A stretch of 64,000 nt of DNA, from assembly GCF_006345805.1 (NCBI RefSeq), contig NC_043001.1:110360001-110424000 (forward strand), given 5' to 3'. Made by a program: the position numbers and the translations under genes. Shown here piece after piece: positions 13,057 through 25,903 of the stretch. The notes beneath the pieces were generated by a model. That model was not told where the DNA came from and did no database searches. It was given only the letters and a program-made list of their open reading frames with translations. This DNA is from Octopus sinensis. Lineage: Eukaryota. Numbering within the stretch: position 1 is the stretch's first letter; each line of letters begins with the position of its first letter.

Positions 13057-13390
13057 TGAAGGATGGGGAGGAGGCTGAAGGGATGAGGAGGATGAAGGTG
13101 AGGATGAAGGATGAGGAGGATGAAGAGGAGGAGGATGAAGAGAGGAGGGTGAAGAGGGGAAGGGTGAAGAGGAGGATGAAGGAGAGGATGAACAGGAGAA
13201 GGATGAAGAGGAGGCGGATGAAGAGAATGATGATGAAGAGGAGGATGAAGAGGGGGAGCAGGATAACTGTAACGTGGAATTATTAGGAAAGCGCAAACAT
13301 CAACCAGTGATAAGACGTTATTACTGTAGGTTATGATGAAGATGATGATGAGGTTAAGGTTATGATGATGATGATGATGATGATGAAAAG
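13057..13390. repeat. (GAG/GAT/GAA)n degenerate trinucleotide tract
   Basis: Low-complexity purine-rich triplets. Confidence 0.9.
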
Positions 13391-13977
13391 CAGTAAGAAG
13401 TTGGGGTGAGTAAGATAGTTCGCATAATGGCGAAAGGAAAGAGAGTGAGAGGAGGATTACGACGACGATTATATCAACGTCGAAGATGATGCCGAAGTAA
13501 TCTGATATTCCTGTTAATTTTCCGTATCGGCCAAAGTATCTATTACCGAAGTTGAGTGAATTGTAATAAAACAGCCACCAACAGTAACCGTCTTAATTTA
13601 TAAATGTATTAAAGAAACGACACTCGCAAATTAGATATTCAACAACGGAAGAAGATTTGGCGAAATCGCTCTTCGTTGTATGTATAACGTCATAAAATAT
13701 GGTGATAATTTTTCATTTCGGTTATAAATATTAAACTTCACGGAAATTGCTTCCTGACCCTTTATTATGACAAACGTGTGAATGATTATTAATCCGTCAT
13801 CAGCGGAGCAACGAAATTCACGCTAACGAAAGTTTGTTATCTTTTTAAGTCGATAAAACCGGGAGAAACAACGAAGTTACTAATTTTGCTATCAAATAAA
13901 CAATATCAAGAAAACTATGAGAAAAAGTAAGGATTAATAGCTTTTGTTATAGTTTAGAGTGGACTGTGTTAAACATA

Positions 13978-14010
<33 letters not shown>

Positions 14011-14389
14011 AGAGGTATTGGTCTATATATATATATATATACATATGTATGAGAGGTATTTGTATCTAGAAGGCCCAAAAGTGGCAGGTAACGCTAAGTA
14101 AGTGCTATGAACAAACCGTAGTTAAACTCTTGGTTCGATAGTGATACGAGTTAGGGTTCTAATGTGGGTCTTGTATCAGCATGCACACACATAAATATGT
14201 ATATATATTTTCAACTGTAAATATGGAAAGCAATTAAATTTTGGAAAAATTAAAAGTTTTTAAAAAGAATATTTGCGTAGTGTTCAAATGCAAAGTGGCA
14301 TTTTCCTTCTTTCTGCTTTGTTTTCCTTGTTTCAGGCAGAAACAAAGAAAATGCCACTTGTATTTGAACACTACGCAAATATTCTTTTA

Positions 14390-14545
14390 AAAGACTTTTC
14401 ATTTCTGTCTACCAAATCCTCCCACAAGGTTTGGTCGGTCCAAGGCTACAGTAGAAGACTTCTGCTGAAGTTGCCATGCAGTAGGACTGAACTCGGAACC
14501 ATGTTGTTGGTAAGCAAGCTTCTTACCACACAGCCACTCCTGCGA
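14390..14545 (-). mobile_element. SINE family A, 5' half
   Basis: TCTACCAAATCC...GGACTGAACTCGGAACCATG...CACAGCCACTCCTGCG matches the family A head in reverse. Confidence 0.8.
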
Positions 14546-14961
14546 CTATTGTTAAAGTATGTTAAAGTGTTACTATTAAAATATGTAGAAAACTGATCTG
14601 TACTACGAAAAATGTAAGAGTGTATTTAGAACAGAGAGAAACAAAGATGTCAACCAGAAATAGCTTGTTAGTGCCGCCAGCTATCTAGAAAGACATTTAT
14701 CGGTCTCACATCGTGGAAGATAAATGAAGATTAAGTAGCTAATTTTAAAAAAATTTTATGTTGCCGTATTCACCAATCAAACCGATCGCATTTGCTTACC
14801 GGCGATTCTTCCAATTTCAGCTGGCAAACACACACACAGGCATACACACATATACATACACAAATATGCAAGCAAACATGACGTTCACACACACACATAG
14901 TCGCACACAAATACACACATATTTGCATACAAATCCAAACATTCTTTTCACACACACACAC

Positions 14962-15020
<59 letters not shown>

Positions 15021-15938
15021 TGCAAACAAAATCTCACGTAGTTTCTTATTCTGGAACAAACCTTTTCTCTCATACCTACAGGATTCAACGAGCAATATTC
15101 TACGAAACGGAAGGCATCTTCAAATGAAAGCTTGATGTCTTTAAACAGAACACAGTCGCATAAAATTTGTTTACGAAAAGAATGTGTAGAGCAGTCGAGA
15201 CTGGAATGAATTTGATTATAAATCTCTTCGATTAGATCTTACTAAAGAATTCACATACCTGCAATATTGTCGCAAAATAGAAAAAACTCTTAGTTCTCGT
15301 CAATGAAGCAACATAAAGAGATACTTGCTACGACTTTTAATCTGATTGTTCAAAGACAGACCTCTGTCCGCGTAACCACTCAGTCACTATCTCTCTTTCT
15401 TTCCCCCTCTCTCTCTATATATTTAGCTATCTTTTGCTATATATGTGTGTGTGTGTGTGTGTTAGTTTCTGTGTATGTATTTACGTACATTTGAATCAAA
15501 GCAATCTTACGGACATGTGTAACGGTGTATCCAATGTATAATTGTAGAATTAGCAGTATTAAGCGACAGCAGAGTCGTTCTGCGACGCAAATCTTCCTGT
15601 CAAACACAACTGCTTAAATATGCGACGAACAAGTGAGATGTGTTTCCACAGGATAGAATTTCTACGGTTGCGATGCCGTTGATCACAATTCTCCTGGATC
15701 AAATCTGCCTTACAGTTGAACAATAACAAGAAACATACTTTTATAATTTTTAGTGAGACAAATATGCATTCCTATGAAACACATTAGTTGTCTCTTGGTT
15801 CCCGAAATTTTAAATTCATTGCTTTGGAAGTTATCTTTTGTTCCTTTCTGGTTATGTCCCAGGCCAGATTTGATTGAGCAGACAATAGACTGGTGATTAA
15901 AATTAGGTCCAATTTATGAAGCCGTAACGTTGAATGAA

Positions 15939-16263
15939 GTGAAGGTTCGTGACAGTGGTTAGGGCAATTGTCTGACGATCGTAAGGTTGTCGGTTCGATT
16001 CTTGGTGCCACTTCGTGTCCCTAAGCAAGACACTCTATTTCACGTTGCTCCAATCCAGTTACCTGGGAAACTTGCGTTGTAAAAGTAATTCAAAGGGCCA
16101 GCCTGGTAACATTCTGTGTTACGTTGAATCACCCTGGGAACTACATTAAGAGCAAGCAGTATTTGTGGAAGGTTCAACCAATTTGATGTTAATTACACGA
16201 GCAGGCTCATCCGTTGATCGGTTCAACTGGAACACTCGACGTAGTAACAGACGGAGTTCCAGT
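15939..16263 (+). mobile_element. tRNA-derived SINE, family B
   Basis: Head with AGTGGTTAGGGC...GGTTCGATTC, then GTGTCCCTAAGCAAGACACTCTATTTCACGTTGCTCC; tail GACGGAGTTCCAGT. Homologues at 33545-33793, 42250-42567 and 45321-45648. Confidence 0.8.
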
Positions 16264-17376
16264 CATCCTTCAATGTGAGTGATACTGTAGCTGACATTAT
16301 CAAGTCGAGCTATGATTACATATTCTTATACTGAACAAAATAATTGCTCCTTCGTATTCTCTGTAGCAGTTGACACTGGTTAGTCGTTCTCTCACATGTT
16401 CCTTCTACAGTATAGCAAATAATGAGACGAAATGGCAGTCTTTAGAGTATCGTACAACATGGAACACAGCCTTTGCTTGATCCGATTTTTTGTGCCATTT
16501 GTTACCATTGTGTTGTGTATTTCGGCTTTTTAAGTTCTTACAGCAACACCAACAACATCACTAATGCGAAATAGGTGGCCTTTATGCAGCATTGGTGAAG
16601 TGGGGAAGTTGTTACAGGCATGGGTATTTGGCAGTCATCTTCCAAAAGTCTTCCCAAGGTCTGCACATACATGGGAAGATGAATGATTATATTAGATTGA
16701 CAGAAGTGTGTCATAATACAGTGACAAACTGTATTACTAGGGAATTTGAATGCTTAGTCAGAAAAGAATATTAATGTACATAGCATTTATCATGGGGTCC
16801 ATGAATTGTGAACAGATATATAAGTTAACCTCAGTGCGGGAAGCTAGTTTTTATATTTGCCAACGCTAAAAGCACTCATGGGCCTAATGGATGTTTTAAA
16901 GCAGATAATGGATAAAGTAAATTTTGAGTTCAAATCCTGGCAAGGTGAACTTCGCCTTAAATCCTTTCCGTACTGTGGTAGATGAAATCCATTGAAGCCC
17001 TCCTAAGTATTGTGAAGGAGTATCAATTGTTTGCTGGGTAGAAATAATGACAGTTAATTCACAGATGTTAGCAAGAAAAACAATGTTCTATGAAAGGAAC
17101 TATGCAATGCACATAAGAAATATCCAAACGGAAAAGAAATTTTAATTAACATAAAAACCGACTGAACAAGGTCACAAAGCTCAGAATATTATATCTCAAA
17201 GATATAAATGGTAGGACCCTTATGTCGCTAATATAACACAAATCTAAAGCAAAGAGTTGGCAGTATTTCACTGTTACTTTCTTTTAGCGAACCCGGAAAT
17301 ATTGAAGGTAATTTCAAATAAAAATATGACAGAAGTGAACACATGAGACATAGCGTTTTGTTGACTTAGTTTGCTG

Positions 17377-17379
<3 letters not shown>

Positions 17380-17409
<30 letters not shown>

Positions 17410-17517
17410 CTTCTTCTTCTTCTTCTTCTTCTTCTTCTTCTTCTTCTTCTTCTTCTTCTTCTTCTTCTTCTTCTTCTTCTTCTTCTTCTTCTTCTTCTTC
17501 TTCTTCTTCTTCTTCTT
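17380..17517. repeat. Perfect (CTT)n, about 46 units
   Basis: Uninterrupted CTT run. Confidence 0.95.
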
Positions 17518-18411
17518 TTTCTAATCAGGACTCATGCCATTAGCCACAAAGAATAATCCCTAATTCGAGCCTACTCTAAGCTACCAAGAATGTATTGACT
17601 AAAACACTCCCTTTAAAATCATTGTACCACATGCTCACATTATTAATGTTATGAATGGTGTATAGAGAAAATCGTTTGTGCGTCGAACAAAGTACTTTGC
17701 GGTATTTGTTGTGACTCTTTACATCCTGAGTTCAAATTCCAAATTTGCCTTTCATCCTTTTGAGGCAAATAAAATAAAGTAACAATCAATCGCTCGAGTC
17801 GATATAATCGATTAATTTCAACCACACTGCATTTCTGGCTTGGTGCCTGTATCATAAACAATTACTCTTTATAATTGTTGAAGTTGTTAGGAATCCTTTG
17901 TATCGTATTTTTGTTTTTGTTCTTATTACCAAGATAATTCAGACAAATTACACTCGTCAATATAAAGTATGAATTGAAAAAATACAATCAATATTTGGTG
18001 AGTGATTATGTATGTATTTTCTCTTCCAATAACATTTATCATTGAGATGGCACGTAATAACAATTTTTCGATTACTGAGCATGGTTTGACTTTAACTAGA
18101 GTTCCGTTGCTATAATTACATGGAAAATTAATTTGATATTTCAGGTTCGATGATTCCGTTTGTAGATAGATTTTCTTTTTATCTTTCTCTCACTTAAACG
18201 TTGATATTTATTTTGCAATCTATGTGAGTCATAACTACAACGATCCTACGGTTTTCTTTCGTTTTTGTTGTTTCTTTTTCAAGCCTCAGTCCAATCTTTA
18301 TCGAACTGACCGATGATCAAAAGCATTTTAGGTACCACAATCAGCCCTTTTTTCTATTAACTAGGCTAATTAGGTCCTCAGGAGCCAATGCATTTATTGT
18401 TTTATAAGATG

Positions 18412-18803
18412 CTAGCAGTATCGCCCGGCGTTCCTCGGGTTTGTTTCGACCCTTTAGAATTGGAATTTTTGAAAAGTAAAACTTTTGCATTATGTAGCTG
18501 GTTGTTTTCTTTAAGTGAACATTTTTCTGGTTGAAATACACAGAAAAATGGCAACACAGCAGTCAAAAAATCGTAGAAAAATAGGGATTTTAATAGAAAA
18601 AAAGCACCTTTTCCATGTAAATAATTTTTGGTGTTAACATGGTCCGATTTGAATTTTTCTTCTACGAAAGGAAGAGCAACCCTTCCTCTATCATACTCTC
18701 AATCTTGGTCAACTTGCGCCGCAGGGTCTCGGAGGAGATAGTGTTAATTAAAGGCTACAAAACCTGCCATACACAAACAACTTCAGCTTTATATAGAGAG
18801 AGA
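18412..18803 (-). mobile_element. Non-autonomous Helitron (~390 bp)
   Basis: The minus strand starts TCTCTCTCTATATAAAGCTGAAG and ends CCCGAGGAACGCCGGGCGATACTG-CTAG. The 5' part aligns with 11430-11690. Confidence 0.85.
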
Positions 18804-19429
18804 TTGTGATGTAATTAAGCAGAAGTGGGGCACTTCTTTTAGCAAGGTGTCATTCATTTTCAAGTTTCTCGCTGTGATTTGACAGCTATTTTTAATAGAC
18901 CGAAAGCTCACACGGACACGTATTGTTGGTTAAACATTTGACAATTTTGCATTTGTTCTGCGCTAATCTTCATTCTCCATACTTCAGAGGTATATGTTTA
19001 CATATGTATAGTCAACGGAGTAAGAAGAAAGACTCCATACTCTTTTTAACCTTCTTCATTCTCTGACTATCCCTCCATATTTCTTTCTATAACGAATTTG
19101 TAGAAGTTTGTAATGCAAATTGTCGGAACAAATCATTCTTTCCTATATTCTCAGTTGAAGTTTGAAAAGCCTAACTTGGACTTTCGTCGTTCCAGAATCA
19201 ATAAAATAAAGTTCGTATATACACACGAACATGCATATATATATATATACATATATGATGATGAAGACGATGGTTGCTAACTCGTGACCGAGGAATATCA
19301 TCATTGACCATTGGCCATGCAAAAAGTCAGCAATGCTTGAGGCTGTTGCAGCAGCAGTCGGTTTCAATCGGATTTGAGTTTGCGGCTTCCATCCTTGATG
19401 CGACCTCCTTCAACTTGACAGGACAACGG

Positions 19430-19900
19430 ATTATCATCATCATCGTAACCACCATCATCACTACCAACCTCCTCCCCCTCCCCCCTTCCCCCTTCTCCCT
19501 TCCCCCTCCTTCTCTCTCCCTCATCATCATCCTCACTACCACCACCATCACCGTCACCGTCACCACCACCACCACCATTATCATCATCATCATAGCTACC
19601 ACCACCACTTCCTTCATACTCTTCTTCATCCTCCTCCTCCTACTCATCATCATCATCATCATCCTCACTGCTACCACCACCGTCACCATCACCACCTACT
19701 CATCATTATAACTACCACCATCATTACAATCCTCCTCCCCCTACTCCTCATCACCATCATTCTCATCATCATCCTCACTACCACCCCCACAGTTACCAGT
19801 ATCATCATCATAATCATCATCATCATCATCATCATCATCCTCACCACCACTACCACCATCAACATTACCACCACCATCATCATCATCTTCATGATCATCA
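19430..19900. repeat. (CAT/CAC/CTC)n degenerate trinucleotide tract
   Basis: Low-complexity triplets. Confidence 0.9.
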
Positions 19901-20863
19901 TGGTTTGTGAAGTATTTCAAGCCTTCCACATCTTTAAAATTCAAGTACGTACACACTCTGAAAAGTTACAGGAAAACGCTCAATCTACGAGAAGTGTGAA
20001 AGATTAATTCCATATAGGTGGCGTTTGGTGTCAGATACTCCTACTGTGTCGTCATATTCACGGCTAATTGGAGGAAATTAATGAGTTAATAGATGCTTTC
20101 TGCAACATTGACTAACTTCTTAAACTGACAGAATTTTCTAACAACCTTTACAAATCCCAGCATTACTATATATACACGAAACATTGTCGATGATTGTGAT
20201 TATATTCAATCTTTGAATGTCTTTTAAAGACGACTTTACCTATATTTTCAGTTATACCAATTAGAAATGAGGTGACAGACGCAGTTATTTGCTCCCCTGG
20301 GCGTTATTATTTTAATTTAAAGAGCAAGTCTTTATACCTCTTTTACAGTTGAGACAGCTTCTCGACAATTGACATATAATATTGTCATGTCGATAATTAG
20401 TGCGGTATTGTCACATATGTCATGGATGTGAATTCAGAATAATTATGTGCCGTCTTGTATGATATGAAAGAGAAAGTTTAAGTCAAAGATACAGATTGTA
20501 TTTGTGATATCATTTTTTTTTTTTTTAAAGATTAATTAGCTGCAATAACAATGGCACATGTTTAACTGGCTGGAACAAATGATATAGACTTGACCGTCAA
20601 GATTATTACCGCCCAAACATTTATTCCTGAGCACATGTGTTCATATTTAAAAGCATATGGAAAATCTCTCTCTCACACACACGCACGCTGATTTCGAAAG
20701 AGTAATTATCACACACACACACAGACACTTCCAGAGGATAATTAACGCACAAACGCACATTCGCACATGTATACATTCACAAAAATTTCAAATAGCTATC
20801 ATCGATATTAAGACATGTAACGGCATAATAATCTAATTTGATGTGAGACATCTTGGCCTTGTA

Positions 20864-21160
20864 GTGGAGGTACATAGCCTAGTGGTTAGAGAAGCGGACA
20901 CTGGCGGTCGAGGGATCGTGAGTTCGAATCTCAAACCGCGCAATGCGTGTGTTATGAGTGAAACACCTAAGCTCTACGCAGTTCCAACAGAAGATAATGG
21001 TGAATTTCTGCTGATTCTTTCGCCACAACTTTCTCTCAATCTCTCCTCCTGCATCTACGAGCTGCTCACCTGCGACGAACCGGCGTACCGTCCAATGAAA
21101 CCGGGGAAACCGGCCCTTATGAGCCAAGCATGTCTCGAGAAGTAACAAACAACAACAAAG
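20864..21160 (+). mobile_element. SINE family D
   Basis: Head GTGGAGGTACATAGCCTAGTGGTTAG...GAGTTCGAATCTC; (AAC)n tail; matches the reverse complement of 47155-47453. Confidence 0.8.
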
Positions 21161-21317
21161 AATTTGACTTTGTATGAACTGATATAGAAACATTTAAAGA
21201 GCTATTTTTTGCTGGAAATAAGAACCAATTGTCCTTCTACCAAAGTTTATTGCTTTAAATGATATCAAAGAATATAAATAATAAACGAAATATTAGACGT
21301 ACTGGTAAAATAATATA

Positions 21318-21692
21318 TTCTCTTTTACTCTTTTACTTATTTCAGTCATTTGACTGCGGCCATGCTGGAGCACCGCCTTTAATCGAGCAACTCGACCCCG
21401 GGACTTATTCTTTTGTAAGCCCAGTACTTATTCTATCGGTCTCTTTTGCCGAACCGCTAAGTAACGGGGACATAAACACACCAGCATCGGTTGTCAAGCA
21501 ATGCTAGGGGACAAACACACACACGCATATATATATACATATATACGACGGGATTCTTTCAGTTTCCGTCTACCAAATCCACTCACAAGGCTTTGATCGG
21601 CCCGAGGCTATAGAAGAAGACACTTACCCAAGGTGCCACGCAGTAGGACTGAACCCATTGCGTGGCACCTTGGGCAAGTGTCTTCTTCTATA
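21318..21692 (-). mobile_element. SINE family A with its 5' head replaced by an inverted duplication
   Basis: Family A sequence from 21318 to about 21656; 21659-21692 is the reverse complement of 21609-21642. Confidence 0.85.
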
Positions 21693-21829
21693 TAAAGCAT
21701 AAAAAATGATATATAAAACGATATATGATATATATAAAAACGACATAGTTTGAATGTATAGCTTCGCGATTAGATATGGAGGGCTGAATGAGAACAGCAC
21801 CATCACACAATACTTATCGACATGAAGGA

Positions 21830-22335
21830 CATTTTCGTCATCATCATCATAATCATCGTCATCATCATCATTACCATCACGGATCACATGATCATGATTA
21901 TGATCATGATAATAATGACGATGATGAAGATGACAATGACGACGATGATGAAAAACATGGCAATCATCATCATCATCATCATCATTATCCTCCTCCTCCT
22001 CCTCATCATCATCATCATCATCATTCCAACACCACTATTGCTAACACCCATCATTATCGTCATCGTCATCATCAATACCATGATCATCATCGTCTCCGTC
22101 GTCCTTCTCAACATCATCGTCGTCGTTACCATCAGTATAATTAACATCATCAACATAAACATCAACACCACCATCAACAACACCGCCACCATCAACACCA
22201 TCACCAACACCACCGATCACCATCATCACCACCACTGTGATCATAATCATCCCCAAAACAGCACGCATTCCCAATTTGCTCTTCATCACCATCACCATCA
22301 CCATCGCCAGCCTCCTAAGCTTCGTCTCCACCATA
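21830..22335. repeat. (CAT/GAT/CAC)n degenerate trinucleotide tract
   Basis: Low-complexity triplets; source of the His/Ile/Met-rich ORFs. Confidence 0.9.
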
Positions 22336-22674
22336 ATGCTTCATGCATCCCGAGGTGACGTCAACGTCGAGACTGACAACTAAGATAATAATAACAATAA
22401 CGTCCATCACATGACAACCTAATCTCATGTTAGTTAAATAAGAAAACCTAACGGGCTGTTATTAGGACGGGCAATGGCAGCTTTGAACAAATGGCTTTCT
22501 GTGTCTGCCTTTTCAGAAGCACCGATAAACCTAAGTGCGCGCGCTCCTGTATGTATTTATGTATGTTTGTATGTATGCGTGTATAGATATAAATGTGTGT
22601 ATATATGTATTTATATATCCATGTATGTATATGTTATATATATATGTATGTATGTATATCTATGTATATGTATG

Positions 22675-22728
<54 letters not shown>

Positions 22729-24489
22729 GCATGTCTGTATATGTATATATATGTATGTATGCAGTTAAATATATATATATATATATTATATATATATATA
22801 TATGTATGTATATATATGTATCTGCATATATGTATTTATAGGTATATATATATATGTATGTATGCAGTTAATATATATATATATAATATATATATATATA
22901 TTTACATAGATAGATAGAGGGATATATATGTGTGTGTATAAATGTACATATATTAATATATGTGTGTGTGTGTGTTTGTGTGTGTACGCATGTGTGTGTA
23001 CGTACATCTATAGTATGAGTATATGTGAGAGTGAGAGTGTGTACGTTTGTGTGTATATATATACATATACATGCGGATGTATATTATAGATATAAGCTTA
23101 TATATACATATACCTCAAACTAACATACGTATGAATGTGAGTTGGCCCGCACTCGTACGGAAGCCTGTACGCATGCACCAGTGTGTGTGTGTATGTGTGA
23201 GTGCGCGCGTGTGTAACTGTGAGCGGGTTTGTCTACATATTTGTATATTCTGCCCCAGACGCTTTAATTACGGAAATAAATAATTACAAAAGAATAAAAA
23301 AACGCTTATAAATACACAATAATTACGGAAATGAATGAAATAAAAATGTGAAAGCAGGTACTTCAAAACACGAACAAAAACCGAATATTTTGCAGAAAAT
23401 GGGACATGTCAACATCGGACACTATCTGATAACCCTATTACTGCACCAAAAGTAGAAAAATCTCTGTATGTGGTTGCTTGATCTGTGGGCGACGACAACC
23501 AAATCACCGTCAAATATCACTGTTTCTGTTTCTTAAAAACTCGACTGTTACAATAGATAACGCATTCCCAATAATAGAAAGTGATTGAATGATGATAGTT
23601 TGTCTTCTGCCTTGTGGGCTCTAATCTTTTTTGAACTCTCTCATCTATCTGTAAATATGTGTGTGTGTGCGTGTGTGTTTGTGTGTGTGTGGTGTGTGTG
23701 TGCGTGCGTATGTGTGTGTGTCACATACCACATAAGCATTATGACTAAAAAGAAAGAGTTCGTTGTTCGAGCCACATACGTCGAAACGTCCATCATGTAT
23801 ATACATATATACACACACATATATATATATACCTGGATGGACGGATGGCTGGGTGGATGCATATGCATGATGTGTGTGTCTAAACGCGTATGTATGTGTA
23901 TGTATAGCTTATGATTCTTCCCAACCGAGAACTCTGACGGAATACATTGCAGTATATCGGCAAAGCGATAATATACACTGTTCTTATTCTAAAAGACAGT
24001 CTTCCAGAAGAAACCCATGATGACGCCTGACACCAATAACAGAGAACCAGACATGTTTTTGACGAGTATTAAAAACAAAAGAAAAAAACAGTAAGAAAAA
24101 ATAAAGGCGTCCACCAATGAATCAGTTAACAATACTATATTATTCCATGTTCATCTTATGGCAGTTATTTTGTGTTTATTCATTTATTGATTTCACATAC
24201 ACTACGGCCATAACTAGTTTTAGTATGTTTTAATAACTACGTGAGTACATTAATGTACAATACACTAATGGACCAAGAGGAGTTGTGCTGCATTTCGTTG
24301 ATATCTCAGTTTAATTACCTCTCTTACACAAAGACTCACGCACACACACATGTATGTGTGTGAGTGTGTGTGCGTCTCTGTAGAGATAAATTGATACATA
24401 TGCGTTTGTATGTGCATCAATTGTGGTGTATGTATACACACGCATACACATATTTTTACGTATGTGTATATGTATATGTATATATATAT

Positions 24490-24690
24490 ATATCATATAA
24501 AATCGGTCCTGTCTGTGTGTGTACGTGTGTCTTCTAGGATCTCGGGCATCCTCCATCCGATTGCACTCAAATTTGATATGTAGATACTGACGGTATCAGG
24601 GTGTGTATAAGTATTGAAAAAATTGCAAAAATCGAGTCCAGGTGAGAATGCGATCGATAAAGCCGTACTCCCAGTCAATAGCCTTATCAT
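24490..24690 (+). mobile_element. Possible Helitron/Helentron-like 5' fragment
   Basis: TCATATAAAAT...GTCTGTGTGT...CCGATTGCACTCAAATTTG has the same layout as the 5' part of the Helitrons in this window. No 3' hairpin or CTAG was found. Confidence 0.35.
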
Positions 24691-25374
24691 TACTGGTACT
24701 TTAAACTCTTCGGTTGCATATTTGTGTGAATAAAATTGTTTTTGTTTGGAACAGAAAAAAGGCTATCTTTGTTTCTTCTTTTGCTGGTGTCTCAAATTTA
24801 GGTTAAATTGGTGTTTCTCAAAAGGGGGTGCCAATGGGACGGTCGGAAAACTTGGCTTAAACGTTTGACAACTCATCACCGTCCATTGGACAGGGGGCGT
24901 TTTGCTCTTATATATATATATATATTATATATATATATATAAACAAATAAACGACAGAGATGGATTATACGAGAATATATTATTAATCACAACAATTGAT
25001 TCGACACATTCAGTATCGACTCCTCTTGTGGGACACACAAAAATGTGGTACAGGAGCATCTATTTAAATATAGAAGATGGTGGTCCCAGATTCATGATCT
25101 TAGTAGAAAGCACAGTTTCATATACATCTTTGTTCCTTTCCGCGTAAGATCTATATGTATATACTGTATGCAATCATGGTTTACATTATATACTTTCACT
25201 TTATATGGTATATGTGCGTCTATTCGCATGTGCAATCCAACCATCTAGATGCCCATATCATTAAATACGTGCATTGTATCATCATATCAACTCGGTTAAA
25301 TACATATTCACATACACCACTACATATAGATGTACATACATATGTATATACACGCACACACTGTTTATGTATAT

Positions 25375-25555
25375 CTCTTTTACGCTTTTACTTGTTTCAG
25401 TCATTTGACTGCGGCTATGCTGGAGCACCGTCCCCACTCATTCTATCGGTCTCTTTTGCCGAACCGCTAAGACGTAAACACACCGCCATCGGTTGTTGAG
25501 CGATGGTGGGGAGACAAACACAGACACACAAACATATACACACATACACTCACAA

Positions 25556-25623
<68 letters not shown>

Positions 25624-25824
25624 ATGTGTGTATGTTTGTATATATATACGACGTGCTTCTTTCAGTTTCCGTCTAGCAAATTTACTCAGAAGTCGGCCCG
25701 AGGCTATAACAGAAGGCACTTGCCCAAGGTGTCACGCAGTGGGACTGAACCCGGAACCATGTGATTGGTAAGCAAGCTACTTACCACACAGCCATTCCTG
25801 CACCTACACAGCCACTCCTGCGCC

Positions 25825-25825
<1 letters not shown>
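25375..25825 (-). mobile_element. SINE family A (internal deletions, duplicated 5' tip)
   Basis: Matches family A in reverse; CACAGCCA(T/C)TCCTG occurs twice at 25786-25825. Confidence 0.9.

Positions 25826-25903
<78 letters not shown>

Noticed and set aside
21788-22358. His/Asp-rich ORF resembling a metal-binding protein
   Set aside because: A degenerate (CAT/GAT)n tract open in four frames; no splice or flanking coding evidence.
22356-22363. CRE palindrome TGACGTCA; also CCAAT- and YY1-like motifs at about 35270-35305
   Set aside because: Isolated short motifs are expected by chance in 64 kb, and no linked gene was found.
24985-25035. Hammerhead-like remnant on the minus strand (helix II GATAC/GTGTC, CAATTG palindrome); similar remnants at about 38030 and 63130-63175
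   Set aside because: The 5' core is missing or too decayed to call.
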